A DNA stretch of 57,852 nucleotides. Source: Candidatus Limnocylindrales bacterium. GTDB taxonomy: Bacteria; Chloroflexota; Limnocylindria; Limnocylindrales; CSP1-4. The notes beneath the pieces were generated by a model. That model was not told the DNA's origin and searched no databases. It saw nothing but the letters and a program-made list of their open reading frames with translations. The stretch is from the NCBI GenBank assembly GCA_046714395.1, contig JBKKBB010000072.1:1-57852 (forward strand), read 5' to 3'. The translations under genes were made by a program, and so were the position numbers. Of the stretch, positions 44,147-53,813 are shown in pieces (positions within the stretch are counted from its first letter, which is position 1; every line of letters begins with the position of its first letter).

Positions 44147-45099
44147 GCCGAGCCGCCCCGGAGGCGAGCCAGGACCTCCTCGAGGGGACCGGGCAGCGGG
44201 GCGGTCGCCCGAATCAGCTCGCCGGTCGACGGGGACGTGAGTTCGAGCCGCCAGGCATGCAGGAACAGGCGCTCGAGGCCCTCCGGGCCGCGCGCGGATG
44301 TGCCGGTCCCGTAGACCCGATCCCCGGCCACCGGGTGCCCGATGGCGTCCAGGTGGACGCGAATCTGGTGGGTTCGTCCGGTCACGAGATCCAGCTCGAG
44401 GAGCGTCCAGTCCAGAAATCGCTCGGTGACCCGATAGCCGGTCGTGGCCGGACGACCGTCCGGGACGACCGCCATCCGTGTTCGGTGCTTGGGGTCGCGT
44501 CCGATCGGCGCCTCGATGCGCCCGACGGCCGCCGCGACCGAGCCCTGGACGAGCGCGAGGTACGTCTTCTTGATCCGGCGCGCCTTGAGCTGGGCCATCA
44601 GGCTGCCCTGGGCCAGATCCGTACGGGCGACCATCAACAGTCCGCTCGTATCTCGGTCGAGCCGGTGGACGATACCGGGTCGCCGGACCCCGGCGATTCC
44701 CCCAAATCCCTGTGGCCCGGCCCGGCCTAGCAGCGCGTTGACGAGCGTCCCGTCGGCATGGCCAGGCGCCGGGTGAACGACCAGCCCGGATGGCTTGTTG
44801 ACGATGAGCAGGTCGTCATCCTCGTAGATGACCGCGACGTCGATTTCCGGTTGCGCCAGCGGCGTCGCGGCCGCTGGTTCGGGGATCTCGAGGCGCAGCT
44901 CGCTGCCGGGTTCCACCATCGTATTCGAACGAAGGGTCCGCTCGGCGAGGGTCAGCCGGCCCTCCGTGATCAACTTCTGGACATGGCTCCTGGACAACCC
45001 GGTCCGGTCGGTCACGTAGCGGTCCACCCGTATCGGAACGGCGTCGAGCGGAACCGACAGGACGTGGATACCCGGCGAGCCCGTTCGGAGCTCAGTCAT
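44143..45099 (-). CDS. rluD: RluA-family 23S rRNA pseudouridine synthase (RluD-like, S4 domain N-terminal)
   Basis: Within ORF 44143..45138. RVDRYVTDRTGLSRSHVQKLI (S4), HRLDRDTSGLLMVA. ATG 45099 preferred (8-nt overlap with lspA) over 45138. Confidence 0.9.
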   Translation of the reverse strand: MTELRTGSPGIHVLSVPLDAVPIRVDRYVTDRTGLSRSHVQKLITEGRLTLAERTLRSNTMVEPGSELRLEIPEPAAATPLAQPEIDVAVIYEDDDLLIVNKPSGLVVHPAPGHADGTLVNALLGRAGPQGFGGIAGVRRPGIVHRLDRDTSGLLMVARTDLAQGSLMAQLKARRIKKTYLALVQGSVAAAVGRIEAPIGRDPKHRTRMAVVPDGRPATTGYRVTERFLDWTLLELDLVTGRTHQIRVHLDAIGHPVAGDRVYGTGTSARGPEGLERLFLHAWRLELTSPSTGELIRATAPLPGPLEEVLARLRGGSA

Positions 45100-45676
45100 T
45101 CGTCGCCACCGGGTCGGTCGGCGGGCCGGCGGCGTCACCAGTCAATGCCTCCGCGGTCGCCGCGGTCGCCGCGGTCGCCGGGCCCGATCGAGCGTCACCC
45201 GTCAGCGACGGCCAGATCGCCGTGGCAAGGAGCAGGACAATGGCGGCACTGATACAGGCATCCGCGACATTGAACGTATAGAAGCGCAGGTCCCCGATCC
45301 CGCCATCGACAAAGTCGATCACGTAGCCGAGTCGAATCCGATCGACGGCGTTGCCGATGGCACCCCCGAGCAGGAGCCCCAGGGTGAGCGTCATGTAGCC
45401 ACTTCGGCCCGACCGGCCGTGGAGGACGACGATCAGCCCGATCACGGCGATGCTGAGGACCGCGAACAAGCCGACCTGCCCGCGAAACAGACCGAACAGC
45501 GCTCCGTCGTTCTCCGAGTACAGGAGCCGCAGGGCGCCGTCGAGAAAGACGAGCACGCGACCGCCGGACAGCTCGGATGTGATCCACGCCTTGGTGACCT
45601 GGTCCAGGGCGACGATGGCGGCGACAAGCGTGACGAACAGGATCCACAGGGGTCGCCCCGACCGCACCTCGGTCAC
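45092..45676 (-). CDS. lspA: Lipoprotein signal peptidase (signal peptidase II)
   Basis: ORF 45092..45676. 4 TM, ENDGALFGL, FNVADACI. GTGA overlap with ileS. Confidence 0.9.
   Translation of the reverse strand: MTEVRSGRPLWILFVTLVAAIVALDQVTKAWITSELSGGRVLVFLDGALRLLYSENDGALFGLFRGQVGLFAVLSIAVIGLIVVLHGRSGRSGYMTLTLGLLLGGAIGNAVDRIRLGYVIDFVDGGIGDLRFYTFNVADACISAAIVLLLATAIWPSLTGDARSGPATAATAATAEALTGDAAGPPTDPVATND
45151..45180. repeat. 9-nt tandem repeat x3.3 (CCGCGGTCG)
   Basis: Read directly: ccgcggtcg ccgcggtcg ccgcggtcg ccg. Encodes ATA-ATA-ATA in the LspA C-terminal tail. Confidence 0.9.
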
Positions 45677-48600
45677 GACGGCGGTCCGGCCGGGCCGCGC
45701 CGGATGGTGATCGTGGCGGGGCCGGCCTCGAGTTCAACGGTGGCGGTCATGGCGTCGGGCGGCCGCTCTGCCACCAGGGTGGCCAGCGTCTCCGTGGCAA
45801 CCGCAGCCAGGTGTCGCGCCACACTCGGGGCCAGGTTCTCCACGTGGAGCTCGATCTGATCGTCAAGCTCGAGGGAGGCTTCCTTGCGCAGATCCTGAAT
45901 GGCCCGCTGGAGCTCGCGCGCATCGCCCTCGGCACGGAGCTCAGGTGTCAGCTCGGTATCGATGACGACCACGAGCCCGTCGTCGTGGGCGACGGCGGTC
46001 CCGGGCCGGGGCATGGCCATGATCTCGACCTCGTCCGGGGCGAGGGTCTGTCCGGCGAGGACGACCGATCCATCGGCCTTTAACTCGACCCGGCCCTCGC
46101 GCGCCGCTTCCATGACCGCGGGTATGGCGGCCCCGAGCCGCTTTCCGACCCTGGGCAGGAGGACCTTGACCCGACGCTCGACCAGCCCCGACTCGTCCCC
46201 GATGAGCTCGACGGCGTGGACGTTGACCTCCTCGGCCACCAGCGCCACCAGGGCCTCGAGCTCATGCAGGTCGCCGCCGGGCAGGGCCAGCCAGAGGCGG
46301 GCGAGTGGTTGCCTGACCTTGAGATTGGAAGTGCCGCGCAGCGTTCGGGCCAGATCCACGGCCCGCCGGGCAATGGCCATCGCGGACTCGAGTCGTTCGG
46401 ACCGCCAGGCCGCGAGTTCCGCCGCTGGATACGCTGTCAGATGGACCGAATGCGGGGCCGTCTGGTCTGTCTCGAGGGCGAGGTTGCCGTACATCTCCTC
46501 GGCCACGAACGGCAGAATCGGGGCGACGACCCGGGCGACGGCCACCAGCGCTCCGTGGAGCGTGGAGAAGGCGGCCGCTCGATCTGCGCCGGTGCCCCGC
46601 GAGAAGCGCTTCCGGGACAGGCGCAGGTACCAGGTGGACAGATCGTCGATATAGGTGTCGACCAGCCGGGTCGCCCCGAGCGCGTCGTAGTCGCGCAGGC
46701 GCTCCTCCACGGCAGCCGCGAGCCCGGCGCTCCGCGACAGGATCCAGCGATCCATCGGCGAGCGCTCGGATGGCGGTGGGTCCGCCGGTCCGGGTGTCCA
46801 GCCCGCCAATCGGGCGTAGGTCCCGAAGAACGCGTACACGTTCCACAACACCAGCAGGCGCCGGCGCGCATCGTCGGCCGCGTGCCACCCGAACAGGATG
46901 TTGTCATCCGGCCGCGAGGACATGTACAGCCAGCGCATGACGTCGACGCCCATCCGTTCGGCCGCTTCGTCGAACTCGATCGCGTTGCCCCACGACTTGT
47001 GCATCGCCCGGCCGTCCTCCGCGAACAGCGTGGCATAGCCAAAGATCGTCTTGAACGGCGCCTCGCGCCGAAGGACTGTGCTCATGGCCAGCATCGCGTA
47101 GAACCAGTTTCGAAACTGGCCGGGGAAGCTCTCGGTCACGAAGTCGGCCGGGAACCACTCCGCCCAGAAGTCCGGATCCTCGCGAAAGTGAAGGGTCGAG
47201 AACGGGACGATGCCCGCGTCGAGCCACGGATTGCCGACGTCGGGGATGCGCCGCGCGGTGCCGCCGCAGGCCTGGCAGGCGATGACCACCTCATCGATAT
47301 GCGGTCGATGTGGCGTGTGTCCCTCGAACGTATCCCAGCCCGACACCGCCCGATCGTGGAGGTCCTTGCGCCCGCCGAGCACGTCGAAGCCACCGCAATC
47401 CGTGCACTCATAGATCGGGAGGGCCAGGCCCCAGTAGCGCTTCTTGCTGATCATCCAGTCGTGCATGTTCAGCAGCCAGTCGAGCTCGCGTTCGTACCCG
47501 AAGGCAGGTATCCAGCGGATCGCATCCACGGCTTCCATGATCTGGTACCGCAGGCTTCGGTCCACCTGCTCCTTCGAGAGCGTCGTGCGCGGCTGGTCGT
47601 AGACCTCGCCCATGCTGATGTACCACTCATCGACGAGGCGGAACACCAGCGCGGTCCCGCACCGCCAGCAGTGTGGGTAGCGGTGGTTGATGGTTTCGAG
47701 ACGCTGGAATCGACCCTCGCGCCGAAGCTGCTCAACGATCGGCTCGGTCACGTCCCGGACGTCGCGGCCGGTCAGTGCACCGAACCCCTCCAGGAAGATG
47801 CCCGCCTCATCGAGCGGCGCAATGATCGGCAGGCCCAGCGACTTCCCGAGGACGTGGTCCTCGGTCCCGCAACCGGGTGCGATGTGGACGATCCCGGTCC
47901 CCTCCTCCTCGCCGACCTCTGACCAGGCGACGACACGGTGCTCGTAGGGCGTGCCTGGCTTCGACCCGGATCCCTCGGCGAAGGCAGCCTGGACCGCCGG
48001 CAGCGCGTCGAACGGGCCGGAGTAGCGCCAGCCCACGAGGTCACTGCCCGGACGCTCCTCGAGGACCTCGAAACCACCTTCGAGCGCGGTCTTGACCGTG
48101 CCCTTGCCCAACCAGAACGTGTCGCTCCCCTGGCGAACCTGGACGTAGCGCAACTCGGGCCCGACCGCGGCCGCGACGTTCGACGTCAGCGTCCACGGCG
48201 TGGTGGTCCACACGAGGAGGGATTCCCCGGCTCGATCGAGCAGCGGGAACCGGACGGTCAGACCGGGATCGTCGCGGTCCTGATAGCCCTCGTTGACCTC
48301 GGTCTGCGATAGCCCCGTCCCGCAGCGCGCGCACCACGGCATCGTGTCGTGGCCCTTGTAGATCCAGCCGCGCTGATGGCACTCGGCAAGAAAGCCCCAG
48401 ATCAGGTCGTTGTTCTCGTTGCTGAACGTGAAATAGCTGCCGCCCAGCTCGGGCATGCCGAGACGCCCGACGATCATCTCGACCGTATCGGTGATCGGCC
48501 CGTTTGGACCCTGGACGGTGACGACCTGGGACGGATCTGCCGCGAGCTGATCGCGCAGGCGGCGCAGTTCGTCGGGATCGTTCCAGTCCATCCAGTAACC

Positions 48601-49014
48601 GAGACGGATGGACTGCTCGGTCTGGCGCGCCGCATAGGTGAGGACCCGCTGCTTGCACAAACTGACGAACTCGGCGATGCCGTATGCCTCGATGTCACGC
48701 TTTGACGTGAACCCGAGGTCGCGCTCCACGTTGACCTCGACCCACAGGCCCTGGCAGTCGAACCCGTTCTGCCAGCGTTGCGCCTCGCCGAGCATGGCGT
48801 GGAACCGCTGAAACAGGTCCTTGTAGGTGCGCCCCCAGGCGTGGTGAACGCCCATCGGGTTGTTCGCCGTGATCGGGCCGTCCAGAAAGCTCCAGTGCGG
48901 GCCGTCGGCGTTCTGAGCCCGCAGCTGGGCGAACGTGCCGCGCTCCCGCCAGTAGGCAAGGGTCTCGTGCTCCAGGGCGACGAAATCCGGGCGCGCCGGA
49001 ACGGGTCGGAACAT
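45673..49014 (-). CDS. ileS: Isoleucine--tRNA ligase (long, type-2-like form)
   Basis: ORF 45673..49014, 1113 aa. HIGH-type NNPMGVHHAWGRTYKD, KMSKS-type MHKSWGNAI, editing CP1 insertion. Confidence 0.95.
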   Translation of the reverse strand: MFRPVPARPDFVALEHETLAYWRERGTFAQLRAQNADGPHWSFLDGPITANNPMGVHHAWGRTYKDLFQRFHAMLGEAQRWQNGFDCQGLWVEVNVERDLGFTSKRDIEAYGIAEFVSLCKQRVLTYAARQTEQSIRLGYWMDWNDPDELRRLRDQLAADPSQVVTVQGPNGPITDTVEMIVGRLGMPELGGSYFTFSNENNDLIWGFLAECHQRGWIYKGHDTMPWCARCGTGLSQTEVNEGYQDRDDPGLTVRFPLLDRAGESLLVWTTTPWTLTSNVAAAVGPELRYVQVRQGSDTFWLGKGTVKTALEGGFEVLEERPGSDLVGWRYSGPFDALPAVQAAFAEGSGSKPGTPYEHRVVAWSEVGEEEGTGIVHIAPGCGTEDHVLGKSLGLPIIAPLDEAGIFLEGFGALTGRDVRDVTEPIVEQLRREGRFQRLETINHRYPHCWRCGTALVFRLVDEWYISMGEVYDQPRTTLSKEQVDRSLRYQIMEAVDAIRWIPAFGYERELDWLLNMHDWMISKKRYWGLALPIYECTDCGGFDVLGGRKDLHDRAVSGWDTFEGHTPHRPHIDEVVIACQACGGTARRIPDVGNPWLDAGIVPFSTLHFREDPDFWAEWFPADFVTESFPGQFRNWFYAMLAMSTVLRREAPFKTIFGYATLFAEDGRAMHKSWGNAIEFDEAAERMGVDVMRWLYMSSRPDDNILFGWHAADDARRRLLVLWNVYAFFGTYARLAGWTPGPADPPPSERSPMDRWILSRSAGLAAAVEERLRDYDALGATRLVDTYIDDLSTWYLRLSRKRFSRGTGADRAAAFSTLHGALVAVARVVAPILPFVAEEMYGNLALETDQTAPHSVHLTAYPAAELAAWRSERLESAMAIARRAVDLARTLRGTSNLKVRQPLARLWLALPGGDLHELEALVALVAEEVNVHAVELIGDESGLVERRVKVLLPRVGKRLGAAIPAVMEAAREGRVELKADGSVVLAGQTLAPDEVEIMAMPRPGTAVAHDDGLVVVIDTELTPELRAEGDARELQRAIQDLRKEASLELDDQIELHVENLAPSVARHLAAVATETLATLVAERPPDAMTATVELEAGPATITIRRGPAGPPS

Positions 49015-49099
49015 CTGGCCTCGCGAGGTGACTGAACTGGACGCCGGGTGTTCGGCGCCGTTGCCGATCCACCCAGGCGCGGTTGACGACGGGTCCGAG

Positions 49100-49105
49100 T
49101 ATCCT
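49100..49105 (+). promoter_or_regulatory. Candidate -10 box (TATCCT) 7 nt upstream of ATG 49113 (leaderless LCP gene?)
   Basis: + strand TATCCT-acccgcg-ATG. The TTG 49083 used by the ORF track is part of a TTGACG hexamer only 11 nt from this -10. Confidence 0.3.
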
Positions 49106-49112
49106 ACCCGCG

Positions 49113-50930
49113 ATGCAGAACGCGCACGAGATGCGTCCGCGCCGACGCTCCTCGTTCGTCGCCGCGTTCCTGTCTCTTCTCTTCCCCGGGCTCGGTCATA
49201 CCTATCTCGGCGCGTCGCGCCGTGCCCTCGGATTCGCCGCGCCGCCGATCCTCGTCGGCGCCCTCGTCGCCGGGATCGCCGTCCGCCTCGACGTGTTCGA
49301 ACTCGCCGGTCTGGCCATCCAGGAGTGGTTCATCGCCGGGGTGTTCGTGGTCAATCTCGTGGCACTCGCCTACCGGGGCGCCGCGATCGTGGACGCCTGG
49401 CGTCTCGCACGCTGGATCCAGGCGAGTGACGCGGTTGGCGGTGGATCCGGGGCGGCGATCGCCCGCACCGCCGGCCGTCGCGGGACCTCGCGTTCGGGAC
49501 CCGGAACCCTCCGCTCCGCCTCGGTGGCCGGGCTTGCCGCGGTGCTGCTGGTGATGAGCACTATCCATGTCGCGGTCGCCCGCTATGACGTGCTCCTCGC
49601 AGTCACGACGCGCTGCATCTTCGATTCGTCGGCGTCCGCCTGTGATGCGGCGCCGGCAACGTCGGCAGACCCTTCGGCGGACGCGACCGCGGCCCCCACG
49701 CCGGGCCCGAGCGCCGTCGGCGCGGCAGTCCCGGATGTCTCCGTCCCGCCCTGGAATGGCACCGAGCGGCTGAACATCCTGCTCATCGGCGCGGACGAGC
49801 AGGGCGGCGGCCACAACACGGACACCATGATCACGCTGTCCATCGACCCCCTCACCAACGAGGTGGCGATGTTCCAGATTCCGAGGGACACCGTCGACGT
49901 TCCCATCCCGCCCGGGCCTGCCCGAAAACTTTTTGGAAGCGTCTATGCGGGCAAGATCAACGCCTGGTTCGCCGCGATCCGCAACCGGCCCGATTTCTAC
50001 CCCGGGACGGACGCAACCCGTGGCTACAACGGCCTGAAGGCCGTCCTCGGGGAACTCTTCGGTCTCGACATCAGGTATCACGTCGAGGTGAATTTCGAGG
50101 GCTTCGAGAAGATCGTGAACGCGCTCGGCGGCGTCACCGTCAACGTCCAGGTGCCGGTCGTGGACAACCGCTATCCGGCCGGCGGTGGCGCCCTGCAGCG
50201 GGTCTACATCCCGTCCGGCATGCAATCCATGAGCGGCGCCGATGCGCTTGTGTATGCCCGCTCCCGACACGGATCGACGGACTTCGACCGCAGCGCGCGT
50301 CAGCAGAGGATCCTGCTTTCGCTCCGTCAGCAGACGGACGTCGCGCGCATCCTGCCGCACGTGGATGACCTCGCGGCGGCGCTCGCGTCATCGGTCAGAA
50401 CGGACATCCCGCGCGATCTCTTTCCGAAGTTGCTCGGACTTGCCGAGCAGGTCACATCGCGGAGCATCCGTTCGCTGATCTTCGCGCCTCCCTACTACCA
50501 GGACGAGGACGCCACGAGCCCGCGCGGGTACATCCTGGTCCCGCGACTTGAGCGCATTCGGGCCGCGGTCGAGGGTGCCTTCGAGGCCGATTTCGGTGGC
50601 GCGGACCGACGCGAACGACTCGCTCTCGAGGGAGCCGCGGTCTACGTCCTCAACGGCTCCGGAACGTCCGGCCAGGCCAGCCGGATCGCGGACTATCTCG
50701 ACTTCCTCGGCATCGTCGCCTCGGCACCCAGTCAGAAGCCGGACGTGAGCGGCCTGCCCGGAACGACGCTCCGGGTCTACAACGGAGCCCGTGCCCTGAT
50801 GCCGCTCACCGTGGCGGCGCTCGAAGCGCTGTTCGGGACGACCGCCGAGCTCGTGGATGACCCCACCGTGACCGCCGACATCGTGATCATCACCGGGACC
50901 GGCACGCCGACCCTGACACCGCCACCCTGA
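49113..50930 (+). CDS. LytR-CpsA-Psr (LCP) family glycopolymer transferase with multi-TM N-terminus and LytR_C-like C-terminus
   Basis: ORF 49083..50930. NILLIGADEQGGGHNTDTMITLSIDP, FQIPRDTVDVPI, YARSRHGSTDFDRSARQQ. Start tentatively ATG 49113 (MQNAHEMRPRRR...). Confidence 0.85.
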   Translation: MQNAHEMRPRRRSSFVAAFLSLLFPGLGHTYLGASRRALGFAAPPILVGALVAGIAVRLDVFELAGLAIQEWFIAGVFVVNLVALAYRGAAIVDAWRLARWIQASDAVGGGSGAAIARTAGRRGTSRSGPGTLRSASVAGLAAVLLVMSTIHVAVARYDVLLAVTTRCIFDSSASACDAAPATSADPSADATAAPTPGPSAVGAAVPDVSVPPWNGTERLNILLIGADEQGGGHNTDTMITLSIDPLTNEVAMFQIPRDTVDVPIPPGPARKLFGSVYAGKINAWFAAIRNRPDFYPGTDATRGYNGLKAVLGELFGLDIRYHVEVNFEGFEKIVNALGGVTVNVQVPVVDNRYPAGGGALQRVYIPSGMQSMSGADALVYARSRHGSTDFDRSARQQRILLSLRQQTDVARILPHVDDLAAALASSVRTDIPRDLFPKLLGLAEQVTSRSIRSLIFAPPYYQDEDATSPRGYILVPRLERIRAAVEGAFEADFGGADRRERLALEGAAVYVLNGSGTSGQASRIADYLDFLGIVASAPSQKPDVSGLPGTTLRVYNGARALMPLTVAALEALFGTTAELVDDPTVTADIVIITGTGTPTLTPPP

Positions 50931-51000
50931 CCCGACGGTTTGTCCCGGTGCCGCCTCGCCGGATGCGCACCCGGCCGACGCCGACCGCTGCGAAGGGGGT

Positions 51001-52740
51001 TCAGACCTTCTCTGTGACGCGATATTCGAGGTAGCGCCCGGCCATCAGGCGCGTCTGAGCGTCCAGCGCGGGCAGGTTCGAGAAGATCAGGCCGACCACC
51101 GGCAAGAGCAGCCATTGCATGCGGCTGACGATGTTGCGCAGGACGCCCCACTCGATTGGACGGGGCGGGGCAATCCGCTCCTCCACGTACATCAGCACGA
51201 CCAGGCAGGCGAACGCGCCGGTCAGGAGCCAGGAAGCGTAGAGCGGCAGATTCTGCCCGAGCGTCGTCTCGGCGAAGGCCGGATTGAGCACGAGCGGCAG
51301 ATTCGAGCCAAAGATGATGACAAACGGTGCGATGGCCCAGTTGAGGTGATCCAGCCACAGGTCGAGGAGACGCCGGATCCGGACCGACCGCGAGATCTCC
51401 GAATGAGCGAACGCGTTTCGGATGTAGTACGGGATGTCGGTCACGCCCCAGGCCCATCGGCGGATCTGGGTGTATTGCTCGACCAGGCTCCGCGGGTACG
51501 AACGGGCCCGCACGGCGTCGCCGTAGATCGGCATGAACAGCGGGATCGCCCGGAACTCGCCGCTGAAGCGGAAGAACGACTTCCAGTAGAAGCGGCTGTC
51601 CTCGGGGATCGCATCCGTCGCCCAGTAGTCCACCTCGTGGATCGTTTCCAGGTTCACCGAATAGGACGAGAAGCTGATCAGCTTCTCGGGCGTCAGGGAT
51701 CGGCCCATGTGCACGTGGGTGGCCCCGATCGCGACGAGTCGCACCGGCAGGGGCGTCTCCCACATGTTGTTGTGGAACATCGGAATTGGCTGGTACAGCC
51801 GGCGGAACCGGTCGAGGTCGGTCAGGAACGTCCAGCTCAGATACCCGAAGTAGCCACGATGGACCCGATAGTCGGAATCCAGGTCGGTAACCATGACCTC
51901 GCGAGGGTCGAACCCGAGGCGCCCCAATTCGCGGTACAGCCAGCGCCCGCCAAAGGCCATGGCGCTGCTCTTGCCGACCACGATCCCGGGCTCGAGCGGG
52001 TCGAGGATGTGGAAGAAATGGAGGAAGCGGTCCCCGAATTCGGTCCGCAGCCGGGTCACGTTGTCGCGTCCAACGTCGTCCGTCTCGCGGGTGATGATCG
52101 CGACCATCAGCCGCTCGGTCGGCCAGTCCGCCTCGGCCAGCGCGCGGACCGTCTCGTGGAGCTTCTCGTACGGTTCCGTGTGGGTCGGCACGAGGGCGAC
52201 GTGCCACAGCCGATCCGGGTTCGGAACCGCGGCACCGCGCCGGGCGAGGATGCGCAGCAGCTCCTTGCGCTCGAGGCGCAGCCGACCAACCTCGCGCTGC
52301 CCGCCGTGGGCGGCAACCCGGTTGCCCGATGCGACCAGTTCGTCAATCCTCCGCACCATGGCCGGCAGGCGCTCCTCGATCTCGGTGATGCGCCCCGCGA
52401 CATCGCGCAGGGCGTAGGTCCGCGTGCGCCAGTCGATGTCCACCGTCCGCCGCAACATCGAGAAGGCGGCCACCACACCCCCGGTGAGCATCACGGCCTT
52501 GTACAGCCAGTACACGTCGAAGGTCAGGACGAACCAGGCCACGAGCTGGGGCCACCGGAACGATAGGGCGATACAGGCAACGATCAGGCCCCAGGTCACG
52601 GTGCCGGGCACCATCTCGAGGAGGCGCTGGACCGTCCGGGCTCGATCCGGCGCGACGTCGACGACCGAAACGCCCGGGCGCGACGAGTCAGCGTGCCCTG
52701 CCATCAGGTCGGATCGAATGGCGTCGCCGCCCTCAGCCAC
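51001..52740 (-). CDS. Membrane-embedded family-2 glycosyltransferase, processive (cellulose/chitin-synthase-like) type
   Basis: ORF 51001..52740, 579 aa. N-terminal TM pair, coiled-coil insert, DLDSD (DxD), PEDSRFYW, QIRRWAWG (QxxRW), C-terminal TM bundle. Start GTG 52740 (8-nt overlap with ilvE) or ATG 52704. Confidence 0.8.
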   Translation of the reverse strand: MAEGGDAIRSDLMAGHADSSRPGVSVVDVAPDRARTVQRLLEMVPGTVTWGLIVACIALSFRWPQLVAWFVLTFDVYWLYKAVMLTGGVVAAFSMLRRTVDIDWRTRTYALRDVAGRITEIEERLPAMVRRIDELVASGNRVAAHGGQREVGRLRLERKELLRILARRGAAVPNPDRLWHVALVPTHTEPYEKLHETVRALAEADWPTERLMVAIITRETDDVGRDNVTRLRTEFGDRFLHFFHILDPLEPGIVVGKSSAMAFGGRWLYRELGRLGFDPREVMVTDLDSDYRVHRGYFGYLSWTFLTDLDRFRRLYQPIPMFHNNMWETPLPVRLVAIGATHVHMGRSLTPEKLISFSSYSVNLETIHEVDYWATDAIPEDSRFYWKSFFRFSGEFRAIPLFMPIYGDAVRARSYPRSLVEQYTQIRRWAWGVTDIPYYIRNAFAHSEISRSVRIRRLLDLWLDHLNWAIAPFVIIFGSNLPLVLNPAFAETTLGQNLPLYASWLLTGAFACLVVLMYVEERIAPPRPIEWGVLRNIVSRMQWLLLPVVGLIFSNLPALDAQTRLMAGRYLEYRVTEKV

Positions 52741-53713
52741 CCATGGGGATCGGGGTCAGCCAGTGCGAGAAGGCCGGCACGCGCCCGCGGACGGCGTCGA
52801 AGTATGCCTCCCGGATCGCACGCGTGATGGGGCCCGCCGCGCCTGTTCCGACCGGGCGATGATCCAGCTCGATGACCGGCGAGATCTGAACGCCCGTTCC
52901 GCACAGGAACATCTCGTCGGCGATGTAGATCTCTGTTCGATCGATCGAACGAACCTCCACCGGGAAGCCGAGACTCCCGGCCAGCTCCAGGATCGCCCGC
53001 CGGGTCACACCCTCGAGGATGTCGTCGCTGACTGGCGGCGTCAGCAGCACGCCATCACGGACGACGAACATGTTGGCCGCCGAAGCCTCCGAGGCGTGCC
53101 CGTCCGCGGTGAGCACCAACGCCTCGTCGAACCCGTTGAGCTCCGCCTCGCTCTTCTGGAAGGCCATGTTCACGTAGCCACCGACGATCTTGCCGCGTGC
53201 CGGCAGGGCATCGTCGGCGTTGCGGCGCCAGGTGGACGTCATCAGCCGGACGCCCTTGTCAGTGTCGATGTAGTCGCCGAACGGGACCGCGAAGATCACC
53301 AGGTCGTGCTCGAGGTGATGGAGTCGCACGCCAATCACTCGTGACGACTTGTAGAAGCAGGGCCGGAGGTAGAGATCCTCGCGCAGGCCGTTCCGGGCAG
53401 CCGTCTCGACGACCAGGCCGACCAGTTCGTCCGTGCTCTGCAGGTTGTCCATCAACAGGATGCCGGCGTTGCGCCGAATCCGCTCCATGTGCTCCGGCAG
53501 GAACAGCCCGAGGAGCGTCTCCCGCTCGGCATTCCAGTACGCCCGGATGCCCTCGAAGACGGCGGTCCCGTACATGAACGCGTGGGTCATCACGCTGACC
53601 TTGGCGTCTCGTTGCGGGACGAACCGACCCTCGAAATAGCAGATCAGGTCGTCCACGGCGGGCGCGGCCTTGGGGCCGGATTCGTTTGCGGCGGGCGCGT
53701 TCTCGGTGAGCAT
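52733..53713 (-). CDS. ilvE: Branched-chain amino acid aminotransferase (class IV)
   Basis: Within ORF 52733..53803. FEGIRAYW, ARGKIVGGYVNMAF, FLCGTGVQISPV. ATG 53713 preceded by CAGGAG. Confidence 0.9.
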   Translation of the reverse strand: MLTENAPAANESGPKAAPAVDDLICYFEGRFVPQRDAKVSVMTHAFMYGTAVFEGIRAYWNAERETLLGLFLPEHMERIRRNAGILLMDNLQSTDELVGLVVETAARNGLREDLYLRPCFYKSSRVIGVRLHHLEHDLVIFAVPFGDYIDTDKGVRLMTSTWRRNADDALPARGKIVGGYVNMAFQKSEAELNGFDEALVLTADGHASEASAANMFVVRDGVLLTPPVSDDILEGVTRRAILELAGSLGFPVEVRSIDRTEIYIADEMFLCGTGVQISPVIELDHRPVGTGAAGPITRAIREAYFDAVRGRVPAFSHWLTPIPMGG

Positions 53714-53769
53714 GATCGGCGGCTCCTGATGTTCGCGGCGATGGCCGCGGGACCTCGGGTTCGGCCGCG

Positions 53770-53775
53770 AGTATA
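53770..53775 (-). promoter_or_regulatory. Candidate -10 box (TATACT) for ilvE
   Basis: Minus strand TATACTcgc at 53775..53770, in the 100-nt gap after the antiporter gene stop. ~50-nt leader. Confidence 0.35.
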
Positions 53776-53813
53776 GCGCGAGCCTATCCGGCCGCCCCAG
53801 CACGAGGCGGTGC

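Noticed and set aside
50931-51000. Possible bidirectional terminator in the convergent LCP/GT2 gap (CCGGTGC ... GCACCCGG).
   Set aside because: The stem is imperfect (bulged), with a long internal loop and no U tract. It is too weak to call from sequence alone.
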